NCBI RefSeq assembly: GCF_001642725.1 | Contig: NZ_LSUQ01000001.1 | Location: 62,001 to 126,000, forward strand | Origin: Ferroacidibacillus organovorans | Lineage (GTDB): Bacteria; Bacillota; Bacilli; Alicyclobacillales; SLC66 | Reading direction: 5' to 3' | Length of the DNA: 64,000 bases | Shown here: piece by piece, positions 1-8,389 of the stretch | Numbering within the stretch: the stretch's first letter is position 1 | Layout of the letters: every line of letters begins with the position of its first letter | The notes under the pieces: model-generated | Database searches by the model: none | What the model was told of the DNA's origin: nothing | Seen by the model: the letters and a program-made list of their open reading frames with translations, nothing else | Made by a program: the position numbers and the translations under genes

Positions 1-531
1 TTTCTCGGAGTCGCGATCATCACGCTAGGTCCCCAGTCGTCTTCTCACTACCTGCGCGGCACGCTGCTTATCCTTGTCTCTGCAGTGTCTACCGCGTTCT
101 ACTTTGTCTATCAACAACCGCTTCTCATGCGATATGGCGCGATCGACGTGACCGCGTATGTTACGTGGTTTGGCACTGTGCCGATGCTCTGGTTTACAAA
201 AAGTTTATTTTTGCAAATGCCACACGCCAGTCTCACGGCGACGATCGCGGTGATTTATATTGGTGTATTCCCGGCCGCGATCGCGTATGTCGCGTGGGCG
301 GTGGCGCTCTCTTTAGGGCGTGCGTCTGGCGTGTCTTCGGCGCTCTACTTAAACCCCATTCTCGCCATGATCGTCGCGTGGTTTCTGTTGCGTGAGGTTC
401 CAAAGTGGCAGGCTGTGCTCGGTGGCGCAGTGGCAATTCTCGGCGTGATTGTCGTCAATCGCTCGAATACGCTTTCGCGCAAACGAAAGACGGCAATCGC
501 GACGGAAGAAGGGAGAAATTCGACTACTTAA
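1..531 (+). CDS. DMT/EamA family transporter (5' truncated by window edge)
   Basis: Frame open from base 1; hydrophobic helices and the EamA C-terminal pattern YL.P..A...AW.LL.E......GG. Confidence 0.85.
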   Translation, partial: FLGVAIITLGPQSSSHYLRGTLLILVSAVSTAFYFVYQQPLLMRYGAIDVTAYVTWFGTVPMLWFTKSLFLQMPHASLTATIAVIYIGVFPAAIAYVAWAVALSLGRASGVSSALYLNPILAMIVAWFLLREVPKWQAVLGGAVAILGVIVVNRSNTLSRKRKTAIATEEGRNSTT

Positions 532-547
532 TTTGTCTTGAGTGGGA

Positions 548-576
548 TTGTCACCGCGCGGCGTGTAGGGTATACT
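548..576 (+). promoter_or_regulatory. SigA-type promoter for T-box/cimA
   Basis: TTGTCA (548-553), 17 nt spacer, TATACT (571-576). Confidence 0.75.
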
Positions 577-599
577 TGCCATAATTCATGAGAGTGTTG

Positions 600-836
600 G
601 CGATGATGGGAACGAGTAGTCTGGAAGAGCGAACAGAGAGCGGGACGCAAGGGTGCGAGTCCTGAACGAACTCACCAGATGAAGATCCTCCTTGAGCTGT
701 TGCGTGAACCTTTTTGCAGTAGCGCGACCGGAACCCTACCGTTAAAAAGGGGGGATGTGATCAAAGAAACGGATCACCCGGTGGTAGAGCGAAGAAGTCT
801 TTCGTCCGGTATGGATGAAGGGCTATTTGTGTTTTT
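600..836 (+). ncRNA. T-box riboswitch, probable Ile (ATC) specifier
   Basis: Stem I with AGTA/GAA motif, AGAGA and GGTG distal motifs, TCTGG/CCAGA pairing and GAAG-ATC-C-TCCT-TGAGC; stem II GAAC...AGTA; CCGTTA; antiterminator CCGG-TGGTAGA-GCG; terminator stem 796-824 with T-rich tail. Confidence 0.9.
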
Positions 837-895
837 AAAAGAGATAAGAACTTCGGTTCAAAAGAGAGAAATAAGGGAGAAGGAGTGGGGACGAC

Positions 896-2452
896 ATGAA
901 CCGTGTGTACGTCTATGACACAACGCTGCGCGACGGCGCTCAGACAGAAGGCGTGAGTTTTTCCGTTGCCGACAAGCTTGATGTGGTTACGCGCCTCGAT
1001 CAGTTAGGCGTCGATTACATCGAGGGTGGATGGCCTGGATCAAACGCCAAGGATCTCGAATTCTTTTATCGCTTAAAATCACTTCCGCTTCGACACAGCC
1101 GAGTCGTCGCGTTTACGAGCACGCGCCGCAAGGGGCAAAAGATTGAGCAGGATGAACCGATGAAGATGGTGTTGGGGACGGATCTAGCGCACTGCGCAGT
1201 CGTAGGGAAAACGTGGGATTTCCACGTTGAGAAGGCGCTGCAAACGGATCTTTTAGAGAATCTGGCGATGATTCGTGATACGGTGAGATTTCTGAAGGAT
1301 CGAGATATTGAAGTTTTATTTGACGCGGAACACTTTTTTGACGGTTACAGTAACAACTCGGTCTACGCATTGGAGGCGCTTTATACGGCAAAAAACGCCG
1401 GGGCGGACTGGCTGATCTTATGCGATACAAATGGCGGAGCGCTGCCGAGCGCAATTGCGCGCGCGGTGGCTGATGTTCGGGCAAATGGGTTGGGACCTGT
1501 GGGAATTCACGCGCACAATGACGGGGGGCTGGCGATTGCAAACACCCTCTTTGCCGTCGATGCTGGCGCTACGCAGGTTCAGGTGACGGTGAATGGACTC
1601 GGTGAACGCTGTGGGAATGCCGATATGTGCTCCGTGGTGCCGAATCTTGTTCACAAAATGAAGCACGTCTGCACCATGGGAGAGCAGGGATTGCGTGATC
1701 TGAAATCCATCTCAGAACATCTTTACACGTTGACGGGAATCAAGCCGCAAGCGCATCAACCGTATGTTGGCCGAAGCGCGTTCGCGCATAAAGCGGGCAT
1801 CCACGTGAGTGCGGTGATGCGCGATCCAAAACTCTACGAACATCTCGCGCCTGATGCAGTTGGGAATGAGCGACGCGTTCTCGTGTCTGAGCTGTCTGGC
1901 GCGAGCAATATCGCCTTTTACCTGGAGAGCAGAGGGGTTCAGGCAACGCCTGCACAAATTCAGGAGATTCTGGGCCAGGTGAAATTGGCAGAGCAGAAAG
2001 GCTATGTATTGGAACACGCGCCAGAGACGCTTGAGTGGATTGTTTCACGCGCTCTTTTTGACAACAAGGGAAGAGCTGCCCTTCACGCGAGCGCGGAATG
2101 CCACAGTGTTGAACACGGAATGGAGTGTCACTGGCAGTGGCTGGATAAGGAAGAGGGTCGTCACGAGACGCCTGGTGTCGGCGTTGGGCGAACAGAGACA
2201 GAGGCACTTTTTTCTGCGGCGGGGTTTGCGGCGCAGGGCGTCGTGTTAATCAATGCGATCACGACGGAGATCATCCACAGCGATCAAAGCGCGCGCTGTC
2301 GCGTCCGTGTGGAGTTTGAAGCACTTGGCCGCTACGGCTGCTTCATGGGCGTCGGGTATGATTCGCTCTCAGCGAGTGTGGATGCGCTAACCCAAATGGC
2401 GGAACTCTTCCATTTTCGACAAGCTGACAAAACGGCTGAAACAGCGGTTTAG
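896..2452 (+). CDS. cimA: Citramalate synthase (LeuA/CimA family)
   Basis: YDTTLRDGAQ, IEGGWPGSN, VGKTWDFHV, FDAEHFFDG, HAHND, GERCGNA and AFAHKAGIHVSAV match bacterial CimA. Confidence 0.9.
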   Translation: MNRVYVYDTTLRDGAQTEGVSFSVADKLDVVTRLDQLGVDYIEGGWPGSNAKDLEFFYRLKSLPLRHSRVVAFTSTRRKGQKIEQDEPMKMVLGTDLAHCAVVGKTWDFHVEKALQTDLLENLAMIRDTVRFLKDRDIEVLFDAEHFFDGYSNNSVYALEALYTAKNAGADWLILCDTNGGALPSAIARAVADVRANGLGPVGIHAHNDGGLAIANTLFAVDAGATQVQVTVNGLGERCGNADMCSVVPNLVHKMKHVCTMGEQGLRDLKSISEHLYTLTGIKPQAHQPYVGRSAFAHKAGIHVSAVMRDPKLYEHLAPDAVGNERRVLVSELSGASNIAFYLESRGVQATPAQIQEILGQVKLAEQKGYVLEHAPETLEWIVSRALFDNKGRAALHASAECHSVEHGMECHWQWLDKEEGRHETPGVGVGRTETEALFSAAGFAAQGVVLINAITTEIIHSDQSARCRVRVEFEALGRYGCFMGVGYDSLSASVDALTQMAELFHFRQADKTAETAV

Positions 2453-2485
2453 TGACATTCGCGCAAAAGAGGGTTCGCTCACGTG

Positions 2486-2518
2486 AAAGCCCCTTGCGCG
2501 ATGAGGCAAGGGGCTTTT
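2486..2518. terminator. Bidirectional intrinsic terminator
   Basis: AAAGCCCCTTGC...GCAAGGGGCTTTT between convergent cimA and mtnD. Confidence 0.8.
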
Positions 2519-2568
2519 GTGGGAGCGCCCGTGATGAGACGCGTAAATAGGATGTGCCGCAAAGTTTC

Positions 2569-3111
2569 TTATGCTTTTTCAAAACCGATGTCTGCATAGG
2601 GGTGAGCGACCCAGCCTGCGGGATCGATGAAAAGGCGAACGGCGACGACCGCCCGCTCATCGGTCAGTGTAAAAAAGTGCGGGTTGTGCTCGGGGACTGA
2701 AATCACGTCACCCGCGCGTAGGTTAACGTCAAAATAGCCGACTTCCGCGGAACCTTTAATAATGAAAATTCCACTGCCCGCAGCGATGGCGCGCACTTCA
2801 TCTTCGGTGTGTGTGTGAACTTGTTCAAACTTTTTCAAAAGATCTTCAAGCCCCGGCGTTTGATTGGAGAGGGCAATGACATCCCATTTTACATACCCAC
2901 GCTCCTTGGCGAGTTTTTCGATTTGCGGCGCGAGCGCTGTCAGAATCTCCTCTTTTTCTGTGTCGCCAAGTGAAAATGAGTTTGACTGCTCAGGTGTCAG
3001 AGCAAAGAGATCCCATTGTTCGTAATAGACGCCCTGGTTTGCTAAAAACGCGCGCACAGCCTCATCATCGGTGATCCACTCATCTGTGTTTCGCACACGG
3101 ATTGTTGCCAT
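2569..3111 (-). CDS. mtnD: Acireductone dioxygenase
   Basis: Cupin motifs HTHTEDEVR and GDVISVP..NPHFF; ATG at 3111 with SD GAAGGAG. Confidence 0.92.
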   Translation of the reverse strand: MATIRVRNTDEWITDDEAVRAFLANQGVYYEQWDLFALTPEQSNSFSLGDTEKEEILTALAPQIEKLAKERGYVKWDVIALSNQTPGLEDLLKKFEQVHTHTEDEVRAIAAGSGIFIIKGSAEVGYFDVNLRAGDVISVPEHNPHFFTLTDERAVVAVRLFIDPAGWVAHPYADIGFEKA

Positions 3112-3215
3112 CTTGCCACTCCTTCGGGTGAACGTATTTACGCTACGCACAGGATAACGGCGCGCTGATTGTCCTATTTTAGGAGAGTTGAAACGCTTTG
3201 TCTATGGATGGTGGT

Positions 3216-3245
3216 TTGACACGCCGCTTTACCGGTCGGTATAGT
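3216..3245 (+). promoter_or_regulatory. SigA-type promoter of mtnWXB
   Basis: TTGACA, 18 nt spacer, TATAGT. Confidence 0.65.
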
Positions 3246-3274
3246 GTTCAGAGGTTTAAAAAAGGACGGATCGC

Positions 3275-4498
3275 GTGATGGAACAGCAGAATGATGTAAT
3301 CGCACGCTATGCGCTGATTGATCGTGAAAAAAACCTGTCTGCACGCGCGGAGGGGATCGCAGTCGGGCTAACGGTAGGCTCCTGGACGGATTTGCCGCGA
3401 GCGACGCAAGAGCGTGTGGAGCCATTTCGAGGGCGCATTGAAGAGATTAGGACACTTGATGTCATCGATGAAAATCGTGTGCGAGCAGAGATTGCGATCC
3501 GCTATCCAATGATCAATCTGACGGATCAGATCGCGGCGCTCTTGACCACAGTCTTTGGTAAACTGTCAATGGACGGTGAGATTCGCCTTGTCGATCTCAC
3601 ACTGCCAAGCGCCTATCAGGCGAAGTTTCAAGGCGCGAAATTCGGTGTGCGCGGATTGCGTGAACGACTCTCGGTCTATGATCGCCCGCTTGTGATGAGT
3701 ATCTTCAAAACGTGTGTTGGACAGACGCTCGATGAGTTGGCGTTTCACTTTCGCGAACAGGCGCAAGGCGGCGTCGATCTGATCAAGGATGACGAGATTT
3801 TCTTTCACGAGGCTGTGCCACCACAGGTTCGCGTCAAACGTTATCGTGAAGAGGGATTGCGACTGGAACAAGAGACAGGTCGGCGACCGCGCTATGCGGT
3901 GAATTTGACGGGTCCTGTCTTTCAACTCAAGGAACGGGCAAAACGACTGCAAGAGGTGGGCGCAGATCTCTTTTTATTTAACGTGTTTGCGTACGGGCTT
4001 GATGTTTTGCGTGAACTCACATCAGACAGTGACATTCAGGTTCCGTTTATGGCGCATCCAGCGCTCGCAGGCGCCTTCTATGCAAGCGCACATCACGGGA
4101 TCGCCGCGCATGTGCTGCTCGGCGACCTGTTGCGGTTGGCAGGCGCTGACATCGCCATTTTCCCGTCGCCGTTCGGATCAGTTCGGCTCGCGCGCGAGGA
4201 GAGCGCTTTGCTTACCGAGCGGTTGCGTGCGCCTGGTCCCTTCGCGCCGTTGATGCCTGCACCTTCTGCCGGAATTCACCCAGGAATGGTACCGCTATTG
4301 GTTGCGGAGTACGGTGAGGATGTGATTGTCAATGCGGGGGGCGGAATTCACGGTCATCCGCGGGGGGCGGCAGCTGGTGGCAAAGCGATTTATCAGGCGC
4401 TCGACGCGGTTCGCAGTGGAGTGCCGCTAAACGTTGCGGCAGAGACTCACATGGAACTCTACGAGGCGCTTGTGAAGTGGGGGGCGGCGCGTGTCTAA
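3275..4498 (+). CDS. mtnW: 2,3-diketo-5-methylthiopentyl-1-phosphate enolase (RuBisCO-like protein)
   Basis: GLTVGSWTDLP, FGKLSMDG, GGVDLIKDDE, PSAGIHPG, NAGGGIHGHP. Confidence 0.95.
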   Translation: MMEQQNDVIARYALIDREKNLSARAEGIAVGLTVGSWTDLPRATQERVEPFRGRIEEIRTLDVIDENRVRAEIAIRYPMINLTDQIAALLTTVFGKLSMDGEIRLVDLTLPSAYQAKFQGAKFGVRGLRERLSVYDRPLVMSIFKTCVGQTLDELAFHFREQAQGGVDLIKDDEIFFHEAVPPQVRVKRYREEGLRLEQETGRRPRYAVNLTGPVFQLKERAKRLQEVGADLFLFNVFAYGLDVLRELTSDSDIQVPFMAHPALAGAFYASAHHGIAAHVLLGDLLRLAGADIAIFPSPFGSVRLAREESALLTERLRAPGPFAPLMPAPSAGIHPGMVPLLVAEYGEDVIVNAGGGIHGHPRGAAAGGKAIYQALDAVRSGVPLNVAAETHMELYEALVKWGAARV

Positions 4499-5171
4499 CC
4501 CGGTCGGACTCTCCATTTTCTGTGACTTTGACGGCACGATTGCGACTGAAGACATGATCTCGGCGATTGTTACCTACGCGCTAAAGGATGCGGCGCAGCC
4601 CCTTTTTGAACGCATTCTAACGCGCGAGTGCTCGATTCGCGAAGGCGTCAGCGCACTGTTCGCGATGATTCCTTCTTCGCGGTACGGTGAGCTCGTTTCG
4701 TTTGCGCGCGAGCGCGTCACGATTCGACCGGGATTTGGCGAGTTTGTCGCGTACTGCCAGGAGAATCAAATACCTCTGCGCATCGTGAGTGGGGGCTTTG
4801 ACTTTTTTGTGAAGCCAGCGCTTGCTTCTTTTGCCGGAATTGACGCAATCTATGCCAACACGCTTGACACGTCAGGGCCGTACTTGCGCGCGGTTTGGCC
4901 GTACCCATGTGACGAACACTGTGCAGGGGATTGTGGACTCTGTAAACCTTCCATCAAACGATTGCACGAGGCAAAGCGCGTGGTAGTCATTGGCGATGGA
5001 ATCACGGATGTGCGCATCGCTTTGCAGGCGGATCTCGTCATTGCGCGCGATGCGCTGCTTTCGTATGGGGTGGAGCACGGGCTGCCTGTCGCTAGATTTG
5101 AGGACTTTATGGATGTTATCGCGATTTTAAGGCGTGAGGAAAAGGAGTTGAGCGCGTGTCTGAAGCTGTAA
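4491..5171 (+). CDS. mtnX: MtnX HAD-family phosphatase
   Basis: CDFDGTI, VSGG.DFF, CGLCKPS, IGDGITD; operon context. Confidence 0.92.
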   Translation: MSNPVGLSIFCDFDGTIATEDMISAIVTYALKDAAQPLFERILTRECSIREGVSALFAMIPSSRYGELVSFARERVTIRPGFGEFVAYCQENQIPLRIVSGGFDFFVKPALASFAGIDAIYANTLDTSGPYLRAVWPYPCDEHCAGDCGLCKPSIKRLHEAKRVVVIGDGITDVRIALQADLVIARDALLSYGVEHGLPVARFEDFMDVIAILRREEKELSACLKL

Positions 5172-5776
5172 AAGATTTGGTTGAGGTTGCGCAGCGGTTA
5201 GGTGGATACGGCTATTTCCCGGCTACCAGCGGAAATTTGTCGATCCGCGAATCGGGCGAAACCTTACGCATGCGCGTCAGCGTCTCTGGTATCGACAAGA
5301 CGCGCCTCACAGAGGGTGATCTGCTTTTGGTGGATGAGCATCTGCAGTCCACAGAACAGGCTGCGCGCAAGCCGTCTGCCGAGGCCATCGTCCACGTAAA
5401 GCTGTATCAAAAGTCGGACGCGATGTGCATCCTTCACGTGCATACGATCTCAAACAATCTCATCACACTGCGCTATGATGCGCGCGGTAGCATTCCGCTT
5501 TCTGGAAATGAACTCTTAAAAGCGCTTGGCCACTGGGAAGAAGATGCGCGCGTCAATGTTCCTCTCGTTGAGAATTACAGTGACTTGACGAAACTCGCCA
5601 CTGCGGTTGCTGCGGCGTATGATCCGGCGGTGCCTGGAGTGCTCGTGAAACAGCATGGCATCTACGTACTCGGTCGAAGCGTCGCTGAGGCGCTCCGCCA
5701 TTTAGAGGCGTTTGAATTTCTTTTCTCACTCACCTTGCAGCGCGCAGCGCTCACTCCGCTTGCAACAGCGGAGTGA
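5156..5776 (+). CDS. mtnB: Methylthioribulose-1-phosphate dehydratase
   Basis: PATSGNLS, KPSAE..VH, LHVHT, HGIY, HLEAFEFL. Confidence 0.93.
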   Translation: MSEAVKDLVEVAQRLGGYGYFPATSGNLSIRESGETLRMRVSVSGIDKTRLTEGDLLLVDEHLQSTEQAARKPSAEAIVHVKLYQKSDAMCILHVHTISNNLITLRYDARGSIPLSGNELLKALGHWEEDARVNVPLVENYSDLTKLATAVAAAYDPAVPGVLVKQHGIYVLGRSVAEALRHLEAFEFLFSLTLQRAALTPLATAE

Positions 5777-7925
5777 GCGGATCTTTTTGCAGGATATAAA
5801 GGCGATGGAGCGCGCGTGTACAGGCGACATAAAGCAGTTTTGCGTGAAGGGAAGAGCGCGCGTCATACGAGTGTTCACTCGGATTGAGGACGATCACCGC
5901 GTCAAACTCCAGCCCTTTGCTCATATAAATCGGCATGAGGTGGAGTCCGCCTTCGTAGTGCTCAGTTTTCTCTGACAAAAGGGGAAGCGTATATGCCGCA
6001 TCCTTTTGCAAACGATCCTGCAGCGCGCTGCACGCCGCGATTGTCTTTTCGACCACGGCAATTTGTTTATACCCCTCGCTTTGTATGCGCGAAATGAGTT
6101 CGATCAGCGCCCCCACCTCATGCGTTTCATCCGTCTGAAGAATCTCCGGTTCGACGCCGTGGCGAAGCACCGGTTTTGCGAGTGGAATTCCCGGCGTTTG
6201 GTAACGCTGCAGCGCTCGATTGGCAAACGTGACGATCTCCACCGTGGAGCGATAGCTCTGTTCGAGCGTCTTATACGCTGCACGCTCCGCAAACACATCG
6301 CGGGTCACTTCGTCCCATGACGTCAATCCTTTATAGGGTGAGATCGATTGGGAGACGTCACCAAAAATGCTGAGTGTTGCATTTGGACTAAGCTTTGTCA
6401 AGACGAAAATTTGAAAGGCGCTAAGATCTTGCGCCTCGTCAACGATCATGTGAGCATAGCGGGTATCCGCCGCAAAGCCGTGAAAATGTCTCGTGAGAAA
6501 GAGCAGCGCCGCTGAGTCTTCCCACTCAAGTGTGCGATCAGCTTCCGCATAGCGTGCCAGCACATAACGTTTTGTCTGTTCGTTTAGCTCAAGGTCATCC
6601 GACAGCTCAGCGAGTACCCGACTCACATTGTTTTCGCTACTAAGCACCTTGCGATAGAGCGCATAGATGTCGATATTCTTAACTGTGCGCACATACCGCG
6701 CGTAGCGCTCTTCAATCGCTGCTTTGATTTTGGCGCTCTGCTCTAGAGAGTCGGCGTATCTCCCTTTTGTCAATCGTTTGTCAAAGCGCGCGATCTCTTC
6801 TTTAATCGCGTCTTGCGCGAAGCGCGCCAAACTGTCGAGTAGGCGCTTTCTACGCTTCAGGTAAGGCTCATAGCGGTAGTCATCAAAAAAACGTCTCGCG
6901 ATTTCCTCTTTTGGCATCTGGTGACGAGGCGACAGCACAAGGTCCGCATCTGGCACGATCTGCTTTGCAACCTTTTCAACAACCCGCAAAAGCAGCCTGG
7001 CAAACGCCATGCTTCCGCGCAGGCGCGCTGCGTGTATGATGATCTGCTGTTCAGCGCGCTTTGCGTCGTCGCTTTCTTCGAAAAAAAGCATACGCTTCTG
7101 CGCTTCACTCGCAAACTTTGTTTTTTTAGGGAGAAGATGGTGCGTCAAATCCTCCCACGTGTATTGCGCGACACCTTCGACGCCAAGATCAGGCAAGACG
7201 TTTGCGATGTAGTCCAAAAATACACGGTTGGGGGCAATAACGAGAAACTGGGTGTGTGCCGCGTTGTTTCGCTTTTGGTATGCAAGATAGGAGAGGCGGT
7301 GAAGCGCGATGGTTGTTTTGCCACTCCCGGCAACTCCTTGCACAACCATGTTCTCGCGGGCATCCGCGCGGATGATACGATTTTGTTCCGCCTGAATCGT
7401 CTCCACAATATCCTGAAGCTTGTCGCCGCTGCGCGCGCTCAACCGCTCAAGCAGGAGGCGATCGATAAGCGCACCGTTTTCACTGTCGTAAAACGCCTCG
7501 AGTGAGCCGTCGCGAAACTCGAACTGGCGCTTTCTTTCAAGATCAAAGGTGAGTGGGTGTTTTGGATCCACGTCGACGGATACATTCTCAAATGCGTCGT
7601 TATAGTAGAGATTGGCAATCGGGCTGCGCCAGTCGAGAACAATCGGTTGCAGTGTTTCCCGCTCAAAGATGCCAAAGCGGCCGATGTAGGCGTCCTCATT
7701 CACAGTGCGGCCGTGTTCTTTAAAGAAGATGCGAGCAAAATGTGGCTGCCTGTGGGACTTGATCAGTTCGCGGGATTGGTTTTGCAAGATGGCGGTCAGA
7801 ACGGTTTCGGTGTAATCGTTCGACGGTTTACCACTTCCGCGCAGCGCCTCGGCATCGCGCACGATATGCGCTCGGATGGCTTCGACGTGCTCTTTTTCCT
7901 TCATCAATTCATCTTCAAGTTTCGT
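5751..7925 (-). CDS. helD: HelD-family RNA polymerase recycling ATPase (UvrD-like); start uncertain (ACG 7925 or TTG 7907)
   Basis: YIGR, LDWRSPIANLYY, IVETIQAEQN.II, QGVAGSGKTTIALHR, VDEAQD, SYRST.EI, KGLEFDAV, LYVACTRALH. Confidence 0.85.
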   Translation of the reverse strand, partial: TKLEDELMKEKEHVEAIRAHIVRDAEALRGSGKPSNDYTETVLTAILQNQSRELIKSHRQPHFARIFFKEHGRTVNEDAYIGRFGIFERETLQPIVLDWRSPIANLYYNDAFENVSVDVDPKHPLTFDLERKRQFEFRDGSLEAFYDSENGALIDRLLLERLSARSGDKLQDIVETIQAEQNRIIRADARENMVVQGVAGSGKTTIALHRLSYLAYQKRNNAAHTQFLVIAPNRVFLDYIANVLPDLGVEGVAQYTWEDLTHHLLPKKTKFASEAQKRMLFFEESDDAKRAEQQIIIHAARLRGSMAFARLLLRVVEKVAKQIVPDADLVLSPRHQMPKEEIARRFFDDYRYEPYLKRRKRLLDSLARFAQDAIKEEIARFDKRLTKGRYADSLEQSAKIKAAIEERYARYVRTVKNIDIYALYRKVLSSENNVSRVLAELSDDLELNEQTKRYVLARYAEADRTLEWEDSAALLFLTRHFHGFAADTRYAHMIVDEAQDLSAFQIFVLTKLSPNATLSIFGDVSQSISPYKGLTSWDEVTRDVFAERAAYKTLEQSYRSTVEIVTFANRALQRYQTPGIPLAKPVLRHGVEPEILQTDETHEVGALIELISRIQSEGYKQIAVVEKTIAACSALQDRLQKDAAYTLPLLSEKTEHYEGGLHLMPIYMSKGLEFDAVIVLNPSEHSYDARSSLHAKLLYVACTRALHRLYILQKDPLTPLLQAE

Positions 7926-7946
7926 GCGCCGACACCTCCAATTCCA

Positions 7947-8216
7947 TCATGATTCACCGCATCCATCAACCGCTGCGTCAGCCAACTCGCGTTGTTCCCG
8001 TGCGAATTGCGCGACGACACGTTTGAATAGCGCGTCCGGATCAGGGTCTTCCAGAAGTTTACCGTCGATCAAAAGGTAGGGTGTTTGCACACATAAATCA
8101 CAGTGATCAAGGCATGGATACTCGATGGCGTCATACGCATAAGAAAGGTGTCCCAACGCCTCTAACTCAGACGCTTTTTCAGAGATCGCATTGGCGACAC
8201 ACCATTCGACAATCAC
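7947..8216 (-). CDS. YuzB/DUF1450-family small Cys-containing protein
   Basis: IVEWC..N...IEYPCLDHCDLC...PYLLIDG; GTG at 8216 with SD AAGGAAGG. Confidence 0.75.
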   Translation of the reverse strand: MIVEWCVANAISEKASELEALGHLSYAYDAIEYPCLDHCDLCVQTPYLLIDGKLLEDPDPDALFKRVVAQFAREQRELADAAVDGCGES

Positions 8217-8389
8217 GGGAGACACCTTCCTTTGGCAAGGATGACGCGGCGCAAGGTTCGTCGTACAGCGCAAGGTCATGTTTTTTGAGTATAGCGCACT
8301 TCCGCGCTGTCTGCTTTGCAGGATTTCTGCCGCTTGATTCCGAATTCTATGACGACCGAGTTTCGTCACCCAAGGGGAGGGTTTTAGAG

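Noticed and set aside
679..918. 79-aa ORF upstream of cimA
   Set aside because: Overlaps the T-box leader; no protein-like features.
3275..4498. RuBisCO / carbon fixation
   Set aside because: Form IV RuBisCO-like MtnW in the mtnWXB context; no small subunit or CBB genes.
7926..7949. yuzB TGA is in frame with helD (possible readthrough or Sec fusion)
   Set aside because: The TGA is not at a conserved Cys, and a strong SD lies between the genes.
8081..8389. N-terminal extension of the S9 peptidase in the ORF track
   Set aside because: Overlaps divergent yuzB; a strong SD precedes ATG 8390.
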